Below are positions 38,216 to 46,464 of a DNA stretch of 46,464 bases, one piece after another (the first letter of the stretch is position 1; each line of letters begins with the position of its first letter). This DNA comes from Chiloscyllium plagiosum (taxonomy: Eukaryota): contig NC_057750.1 of the NCBI RefSeq assembly GCF_004010195.1, positions 12,375,144 through 12,421,607 of the forward strand. The letters are read 5' to 3'. The notes beneath the pieces are model-generated. The model worked only from the letters and a program-made list of their open reading frames with translations, did no database searches and was not told the DNA's origin. Both the position numbers and the translations under genes were made by a program.

Positions 38216-38367
38216 GCAGGAGAATCGACAGGAAGGAATTCACAGGAAGGGCTTATGCCTGAAACGTCGATTCTCCTGCTCCTTGGATGCTGCCTGACCT
38301 GCTGCGCTTTTCCAGCAACACATTTTTCAGCTCTGATCTCCAGCACCTGCGGTCCTCACTTTCTCCT
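38216..38367 (+). mobile_element. PLE family-B mini-element with a short inverted 5' piece
   Basis: gcaggagaatcgac (inverted), then the terminal repeat. TSD tagctaattaa at 38205-38215 and 38370-38380. Confidence 0.8.
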
Positions 38368-38947
38368 GCTAGCTAATTAAACCCTTCCTTTTTTAAAAAA
38401 GGAAGAACGGATAAAACAAAGAATTATAGATTGATTAGCCTGACATTGGTAGTAGGAGATATGCTGTAGTCCATTTGAAAAGGTTTAACAGCAGAGCAGT
38501 TGGCAAACAGTGGTGGTTATACAGAGTCATTGGATTTGCAAAAGGGAAATCATGCTTGACAAATCAACTGGAATTTTTCAAAGATGTAACCACTAGAGTT
38601 GACAAGGGGAACCAGTGGTGTGGTTTTCTTGGATTTTCCGAAGGTTTTGATAAGGTTCCATGTAAGAGATTAGCATGTAAAATTAAGGTGCATAGGATTA
38701 GGGTTGATTCATTGACATTGATAAGGAACTGGTTGGCAGACAGGAAACAACGAGCAGGGAAAAGTGAAAAAAGCCAAAGAACTGTAGATGCTGGAAATCT
38801 GAAACAAAAGCAGAAATTACTGAAAAAACTCAGCAGATTTGGAAGCACCTGCCAGACCTGTTACGTGTTTCTAGCAAAGAAGCTAATCTGATTGCTGAGT
38901 GGAAGCCAATGACAAGTGGGGCACTGCGGGATTAATATATTCACAAT

Positions 38948-39260
38948 GGGTGGCACAGTGGTTAGCACTGCTGCCTCAGTGCCAGAGACCCCTGGTTCAA
39001 TTACCGCCTCAGGCAACTGTCTGTGTGGAGTTTGCACATTCTCCCCGTATCTGCGTGGGGTTTCCTCCGGGTGCTCTGGTTTCCTCCCACAGTCAAAAAT
39101 GTGCAGGTTAGGTGGATTGGCCATGCTAAATAACCCGTAGTGTTGGGTGAAGGGGTAAACGTAGGGGAATGGGTCTGGGTGGGTTGCTCTTTGGAGGGTC
39201 AGTGTGGATTTGTTGGGCCGAAGGACCTGTTTCCACACTAAGTAATCTAAACTAATCTAA
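38948..39260 (+). mobile_element. HE1-type SINE
   Basis: A and B boxes, core and taatcta tail. Confidence 0.88.
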
Positions 39261-40050
39261 ATGATATGTTAATGACTTAGATGATAGAACTAAATCTAAA
39301 CCAACACAAAGCTGAGTTGGAGAGTGAACTGTGCTTCACTGATTTATGCAGGTTGAGTGAATGTGCAAACGCATGGCTGCTGAGGTATAATGTGGGCTTT
39401 TCCACTTTAGTAACAAAAGCAGAAAGGGAGATTATTATCTGAACATTAATTGGTAGGGAAAAGAAGAGGTGGGGGTTTGTATTCTTGCACTGTACGTCGA
39501 GAGTGTGATGCTGGAAAACACAGCAGGTCAGACAGCATCCGAGGAGCAGGAGAATTCATCAGGAAGGGCTTATCTTTGCACCACAAACCACATTGTTGAC
39601 AGCATTTCTTCCAGCTCCTCAATTTTATTGGAATATCTGAATCCCAGTTTAACCTTATTGAATTGTTGCAACTTTGCAGTGATATTTCTATATCTATGTT
39701 TTCAAGCATAACAATTGTTATTTTCTGAAATAAAAGCAAAATCTGTAGTGCTGAAAATCTGAAATGTAAGCAAAATGTAATGGAAATGCTGAGCAAGTCT
39801 GGCAGTATCTGTGGATGAGAAATGGAATTAGCATTTTGGAACTGAGTTCTGATGAGAAGGTCACAGTGAACTTCAAACAAATGCTGCCAGACCTGCTGAA
39901 TATTTCCAGCACTCTGATTTTATTACAGTTAGATTTATGTTTGGAAGGACAAGAGTTGGGAGAAAAAGCAAACCTTAATTCTTTCTTCACACTTCTCAAT
40001 AAGGGATATTTAAATCTTGAAGTGTTTGAAAGCAATGATGCTTACTACTT

Positions 40051-41539
40051 AGTTAAAAATCACACAACACCAGGTTATAGTCCAACAGGTTTAAATGGAA
40101 ACACACTAGCTTTCGGAGCTTCGCTGCTTCATCAGGTGATAGTGGAGGGCTCAATCCTAACACAAAATTTATAGCAAAAATTTACAGTGTGATGATGGTG
40201 ATAGCTAGACAATATGTTGAAGTTGTTGGCCCCCCCTCTGTTCTCTGTCTATGCCCAGATGTTTAGATTGATTCTAATCTAAAAAGTGAGATAACGGAGT
40301 TTTACATGAATGCATGCATTTTTTGAGCAAAGTACAATGTAACCCTGCAAGTACAAATTCACCCCACAAAATATATGTGTGCATGTGGGTCTTTGTTTGT
40401 CTATGTGTGTGTGTGTGTCTGTTTGGGTTGGGGGTTGTGAGTGTGAGAAAGTGTAGGTTTGTGTGTGTGTAGTGAGTGAAGGGTGTTTTAAGTCTGCGAG
40501 GGGGTGCATGTGGGAGTGCGTGTGTCCCTCCCAGTTGGGGAACACTTCAGTGGTCCAAGACATTCAGCCTCGGACTTTTGGGTGACCATCATTCAAGGTG
40601 GACTTCGGGACAGGCAGCAGAGAAAAGTGGCCGAGCAGAGGCTGATAGCTAAGTTCGATACCCATAGGGAGGGCCTCAACCGGGACCTTGGGTTCATGTC
40701 ACATTACAGGTGACCACCATTGTACTATACACACACACAGATACTCCTACACACACACACCCTCTCACACACACAGGCACTCCTATACACATGTACACAC
40801 GGACACACATACACACAGACGTGCACACGGACACCCACACACACCCTTACAGACACACACACTCCCACGCTCAGACATGTACCCCCTCACAGACTTAAGA
40901 CACTCTGCACTCACTATACTTACACACATACACTTTCTCACACTCACAACCCCCAACCCAGACACACACACACAGACAGACAAACAAAGACCCACATGCA
41001 CACATATATTTTGTGGGGTGAATTTGTACTTGCAGGGTTACATTGTACTTTACTCAAAAAATGCATGCATTCATGGAGAACTCTGAGCTCAAAAACTGCA
41101 TGAATTTATGTAAAACTCCGTTATCTCACTTTTTAGATTCGAATCAATCTAAACATCATGGCAAAGACAGAGAACACAGGGTGTCAACACCTTCAACATA
41201 TTGTCTAGCTATCACCATTGTTAACAGCTAACCTGAGAATGCAACTTTTTATATAAAAAGGTTTTGTGATTTACACATGAAAAAAGTGAAACTGTCACTG
41301 TATTCTAACAGATGAAAGGCTTAACAGACAATCAATTTTTCAATGTATACTTTCAGTTACATCACACTGTAAATTTTTGCTATAAATTCTGTGTTAGGAT
41401 TGAGCCCTCCACTATCACCTGATGAAGGAGCGTTGCTCCGAAAGCTAGTGTGCTTCCAATTAAACCTGTTGGACTATAACCTGGTGTTGTGTGATTTCTA
41501 ACTTTGTACATCCCAGTTCAACACCGGCATCACCAAATC
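40051..41539 (+). mobile_element. 5'-truncated PLE (family A) with a long inverted 5' copy of its own 3' end
   Basis: GIY-YIG C-terminus VGEHFSGPRH...EQRLIAKFDTHREGLNRDLGFMSHY (40520-40713). 40051-40510 mirrors 40880-41502, with a deletion. TSD atgctta(c/a)tact at 40038-40049 and 41540-41551. Confidence 0.88.
41416..41450 (+). ncRNA. Minimal type-I hammerhead ribozyme motif (best preserved copy)
   Basis: cac-CTGATGA-a-GGAGC gtt GCTCC-GAA-AGCT-A-gtg: intact core, 5-bp stem II, palindromic stem III and cac/gtg stem I. Confidence 0.75.
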
Positions 41540-42849
41540 ATGCTTAATACTGATATCAAGTCGAAGAATTTATACTTGTTTATGGCATCTTCATTGTTTT
41601 GATATCAGGTTGAGCCTCCCTTTTGAGAAACGCTCGTGTTGCCCTGCAGCTATTACCAGCTAAAATCAACAGAAAAATGAAACTATTTATAATTCCAGCG
41701 TTCATTTCACCATACGTAGTTGACTGAAGTGCTTTTGATTTGAGTCCATGTACCTGATTTTTTTTTTAAAAAGGAAGAAGTTTAAGATATCCTCTACACC
41801 AGAAAGCATCTGGTTGAGCAACAACTTTGGTTCTTGAAAGTAGAAAATAAATGGTGGAAAGTCCAAAGTTAGCTGACAAAGCAGAATCTGCCTCACAGGC
41901 CTTTGCACAAATATGTTCTATTTGAATGTTATACATTTGAGGGTCGAGTGACATCCCTGTTGGCCAAAGTAAAACTCATTGAGTATGTTGAAAGACATGA
42001 GGTGTTTATTGACATAACATTTTGAAAATTAGAATTGAATAATGCAGTTATAGCCATTTGTAGCTTGCCATTGATAGGTTTTACATAATCCATTTAAGAT
42101 AATAAAAGAGCTTTAAAGCTATAATGAAAACAGTATCAAGTAAAGTGCAGTCTTACTTTAGAAAGTGTTGACTTTTTTTCAGACTTAATCTCTTATTAGT
42201 GATTTTTCCTAATAAAGCGTTTTATACCCTTGAGCGTTTTTGGGAGACTAATTTAATAGAATTATTGCTAGCATGCTTTAGGTATGTTACAGTGATCTAA
42301 GAGCAATCTAATTTTAAATTCAAATCGCTCCTTTTGTTTGGATCACATAATAAAGATTTTAGTTGAGGCAAATCCCTGTTTTAATGAATAATAGATTGAG
42401 GCTTTGTGTGCCAAAATGGATGATAACAGCCATGCTTTCAAGTTCTTGTACTGCACTTGGATGCATAATGGAACATAAATTAAGTGAGACAATGGAAGAG
42501 GTAAATGGAAATGGTAGCAGGAAAAAACTGGCAATAAGGAACTGAGGAGATGATCAGAGAAGCTGCATAACAAGAGTGGAGATTGTCTATCAGCACAGTC
42601 TTCACATAAAGAGTCCCCAGCTGAAATGATAGGCCATCTCCTCATACTTCAGAACACTACACTAACAAATTTTCATGTTGTGTTGAAACTAAAAGTCAAA
42701 GTTAAGGTTTGAAGTAATTAAAATCACTATTAGTAATAGTGCATACAAAATGTTCCATTCTTGTTTCTTAGTTTGGCATTGATCTCCATGTGAACACTAC
42801 ACAAAGTAGAGTGCAGATAATTGTGAGATTATCCAATCTGGTAGCAAAA

Positions 42850-43885
42850 ACAGGAAAACATAATAATCTGAACAGCAATTGATTGGGAAATGGGGAGATG
42901 TACCGAGACCTGGGTGTCCTTGTATCCTGGTCACTGGAAGTATGCATATAGGTGCAGCAGGCAGTGAAAAAGGCAAACATTATATTGACCTTCATAGCGA
43001 GAGCATTTAATATACAAGAGCAGTGGTGTCTTGCTGTAATTGCAAAAGGCCTTGGTGAGACCACACTTGAAGTATTGTTTGCAGTTTTGGCCTACTTATC
43101 TGAGGAAGAATGTTCCGGCTGTGGAGAGAGTGCAACAATGGTTTATCAGACCAATTCCTGGGATTGCAGGACAGATGTATGGAGAGACACTGAATTCGTT
43201 CAGGCTATATTTTTGAAGAGTGTTGGGGGATCTCCTTGAAATCTATTAAAACTATATCATTGGTTGACAGGGTAAAGGCAGGAAGGTTGATCCTAATGAC
43301 CAGAGGGTCCAGAACTAAGGGTCAGAGTAAGGATACAGGGTAGGTCATTCAAGACTGACATGAGGAGAAATTTCTTCACTCATAGAATGGTGAGCCTTTG
43401 GAATTCTCTGCCACAGAAAACAATTGAAACTAAAATGTTGAATGCTTTCAAGAAGGAGTTAGATACAATTCTTCAGGGCGGCACGGTGGCACAGTGGTTA
43501 GCACTGCTGCCTCACAGCACAAGAGACCCGGGTTCAATTCCCGCCTCAGGCAATGGTGTGGAGTTTGCACATTCTTCCCATATCTGCGTGGGGTTTCCTC
43601 CGGGTGCACTGGTTTCCTCCCACAGTCCAAAAATGTGCAGGTTAGGTGAATTGGCCATGCTAAATTGCCCGTAGTGTTAGGTGAAGGGGTAAATGTAGGG
43701 GAATGGGTCTGGGTGGGTTGCGCTTTGGCTGGTTGGTGTGGATTTGTTGGGCCAAAGGGCCTGTTTCCACACTGTAAGTAATCTAATCTTTAATCTAAAA
43801 AATGGGAACAAGGTACTGAGTTGGATAATATTAAATGTCAGAGCATGCTCAAAGGGCTACACTTGGTCCTATTTTCAATGTTTAT
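42850..43885 (+). mobile_element. CR1 LINE 3' fragment interrupted by a SINE
   Basis: VQQAVKKANIILTFIAR and MRRNFFTHRMVSLWNSLPQK. Confidence 0.8.
43476..43798 (+). mobile_element. HE1-type SINE
   Basis: gggcggcacggtggcacagtggttagcac head, GGTTCAATTCC B box and taatcta tail. Confidence 0.9.
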
Positions 43886-43914
43886 CTACTGTCTGCCAAA
43901 GATGAACATTTAAT

Positions 43915-44768
43915 CATTGAATCATAGAGATGTACAGCATAGGAACAGGCCTTTTGGTCCAACTCATTCATTCTGACCAGATATCCCAACCTAATCTAGT
44001 GCCATTTCCTAGAACTTGGCCCATGTCCCTCTAAATCCTTTATGTATACCCATCCAGATGCCTTTTAAATGTTGCAATTGTACCAGCCTCCACTACTTCT
44101 TCTGGTAGCTCATTCCATATACGCACCACCCTCTGTGTTAAAAGGTTGTGGGCGGCACGATGGCACAGTGGTTAGCACTGCTGCCTCACAGCGCCAGAGA
44201 CCCGGGTTCAATTCCCGCCTCAGGCGACTGACTGTGTGGAGTTTGCATGTTCTCCCCGTGTCTGCGTGGGTTTCCTCCGGGTGCTCCGGTTTCCTCCCAC
44301 AGTCCAAAGATGTGCAGGGTCAGGTGAATTGGCCATGCTAAATTGCCCGTAGTGTTAGGTGAAGGGGTAAATGTAGGGAGGTGAATGTAGGGGTATGGGT
44401 GGGTTGCGCTTCGGCGGGTTGGTGTGGACTTGTTGGGCTGAAGGGCCTGTTTCCACACTGTAATGCCTAATCTAATCTAATCTAGTTGACTGTTAGGTCC
44501 CTTTTATATCTTTCCTCTCTCACCCTAAACCTATGCCCTCCAGTTCTAGATCCTGCACCCCAGGGAAAAGACTTTGTCTATTTATCCTATCCATGCCCCT
44601 CATGATTTTATAAACCTCCCTGAGGTCACTCCTCAGCCTTCAACACTCCAGGGAAAACAGCCCCAGTTTATTCAGCTTCTCCCTATAGCTCAATCCTCTA
44701 ACAATGTCTACAATGTCTTTGTAAATCTTTTCTGAACCCTTTCAAGTTTCGCAGCATCCTTCCGATAT
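43915..44768 (-). mobile_element. CR1/HER1 LINE 3' end interrupted by a SINE
   Basis: Reverse complement of the same family as 19640-20320. Confidence 0.82.
44150..44484 (+). mobile_element. HE1-type SINE (well preserved)
   Basis: Full head, core and (ctaat)n tail. Confidence 0.9.
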
Positions 44769-44904
44769 TTGTTGTCAGTCATCTAATCTGCATAAGACAC
44801 GTATTCCTCATTGCTTTCTGTGGACACTCTTTGTGCAACAGCAATATCAGAAACAAAGCAGCTTCTCAACAGTATGATTATTCAACAGTGACAGAAGACA
44901 CAAA

Positions 44905-45462
44905 TGAATTGGATTGGATTGAATTGAATTAAATTAACTTTATTGTCATGTACTCAAATGAGTACAGTGAAAAGTTCACAAGTCGCCACTCACAACACCA
45001 TCTTAGGTACAAAGGTACTTGGTACAATCCATATTTACAGAAGAGAGAAATGAAGAAAGAAAAAGTTGCATTAGACATACACGGTATGACCATAGGTCAG
45101 AAAAAACAAGAAGCAAAGTTAAAAAGTCAAACATCATAATCTCTCTCCGAAGGCTTTCCACAGCAGACCAACTCTGGGGGTCTAATCACAGGCTGCTGCC
45201 ATGCTCCACAACAGACTGTGATGCTCTGCATTGGATTGTTGGTTCTGGTGTCCTCGCTTTGGCCACTGGTTGCCGGTGTCCCCACTTCAGGCTGCGGGGC
45301 GCTCAGTGTTCTTGCTTTGGCCGCTGGCATTTCCACCAATTCCACTCTGAGACCGAGAGAAGGGAAGAGAGAGGGAGAAAAAATGAAAATGATGAAAAAG
45401 AACGGGTGAACGGGAGGATCTCTGGCTGCAGTGTTCTACTCTGCTGCCATCTTACTGGAAGT
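44905..45462 (-). mobile_element. Short non-autonomous LINE-derived element
   Basis: Minus strand starts acttccagtaagatggcagc and ends gacaataaag plus a (ttcaa/tccaa)n tail. No recognisable protein. Confidence 0.5.
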
Positions 45463-46219
45463 ACTTAGTGGCATTTAAACAGTCCTCATGGCATTGAAAC
45501 ATGCAGGCCTTCAACAAATAGTACAACTGAATATCTCTATGTGGAACTTTCACATGAATTAAGACATTTGCTGAATCAATCCATTTGGTAAAAGTATGCA
45601 GGAGGTTGTAAGTGCAGTTGAAAGAATGAGAACTTTCTACTCTCACCCTCAATACCCAGGAAAGGTAGCATTCCTTATGGGATAATTATGTACATATTTT
45701 ACAGTCCAAAGTGTGATGTGAGCAGCTCCTGGGCATTATGCAAGCTATTAAGACCTTGGAATGTGGTTGTGAATTGAGGAATTTAGGTGAAACCTCACAG
45801 CTCACATGATATTACTTCTGCTTTACAGCCATTACTAGAATAGTAATTTTCAATGAGATGGTGAAAGTTGTTTATAATCAGGATTTTAAGTCAAGATAAT
45901 TGGATAATCTGCATCCAGAATTCTGTGTAACAGATTCTTTTACCTGTACTCTGAGCTTTATATAATGCTATTACCCTTTGAATCAGCTTAGATCAGTCAG
46001 CAGTAGAGCCCCACAATCACAGATAGAAGGCTATTGTTATTCCTTCTAGAATCCAGTTTCGTGCTGCCTCTAAACCCCACAACTGATTCTGGCAATTTGC
46101 TTATCACAGCAGTAACCCTGAATATCCCCATTGATTTTCAGTGAACTGACCCCTAAACTGATAGTGATCCACCTGCCATCCATATCCCTTGCTTTCAACT
46201 GACTTAGAAGGATGGACGA

Positions 46220-46464
46220 AGAGAAAGTGAGGACTGCAGATGCTGGAGATCAGAGCTGAAAATGTGTTGCTGGAAAAGCATAGCAGGTCAGGCAGCATCC
46301 AAGGAGCAGGAGAATCGATGTTTCGGGCATGAGCCCTTCTTCAGGAATGAGGAAAGTGTGTCTAGCAGGCTAAGATAAAAGGTAGGGAGGAGGGACTTGG
46401 GGGAGGGGCGTTGGAAATGCGATAGGTGGAAGGAGGTTAAGGTGAGGGTGATAGGCTGGAGTGG
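46220..46464 (-). mobile_element. PLE family-B 3' end running off the window
   Basis: Nearly identical to 10485-10620 and to the reverse complement of 12355-12476. Hammerhead-like motif at 46316-46346. Confidence 0.85.

Larger units (their letters stand above)
35560..39450 (+). mobile_element. Long decayed CR1 LINE (ORF1 end, APE, RT) with many nested insertions
   Basis: EGFRFLEHWDWFW (ORF1 esterase-like end), ARSICNKVDE...DIVGITEIWL (APE), and GFAKGKSCLTNQLEFF, FDKVP, IRNWLADRKQR (RT). Confidence 0.8.

Noticed and set aside
40688..41103. His/Thr-rich ORFs
   Set aside because: Translations of the CA-rich PLE 3' region.
42612..42713. ESPAEMIGHLL... resembling human RMGHL
   Set aside because: No good acceptor and no further similarity.
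44150..44225. tRNA-like A/B boxes here and in similar copies
   Set aside because: These are SINE heads continuing into the SINE core and tail, not tRNA genes.
1..46464. CRISPR arrays, operons or other prokaryotic systems
   Set aside because: The sequence is spliced vertebrate DNA, and the recurring motifs are dispersed retroelements rather than regularly spaced repeats.

Overview
Repeat-rich vertebrate DNA, almost certainly from a shark: it carries HE1-type tRNA SINEs, HER1/CR1 LINEs and a Deu-domain SINE remnant. There are two assembly gaps (11452-12354, 20028-20092). The only host gene I can support is the 5' part of CATSPERG (sperm CatSper channel gamma subunit) on the + strand: a CpG-island promoter and first exon at about 9520-9728, a signal-peptide exon at 17918-18148 and a 54-nt exon at 26489-26542. 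I could not find the next exon in the window. Most of the rest is nested, decayed CR1, L2, Rex1/Babar, solo-LTR, SINE and Penelope-like element (PLE) sequence. Main observations: (1) two PLE families whose terminal repeats carry minimal type-I hammerhead ribozyme motifs, including very small non-coding and fold-back copies flanked by 11-14-bp target-site duplications (TSDs); (2) a compact E2F/NRF1/MYB/TCACGTG germline-type promoter, with a spliced in-frame uORF ahead of CATSPERG; (3) a young, locally templated rearrangement at 36.3-36.8 kb. Family names come from recalled motifs, not database searches, and repeat boundaries are approximate unless a TSD is cited.
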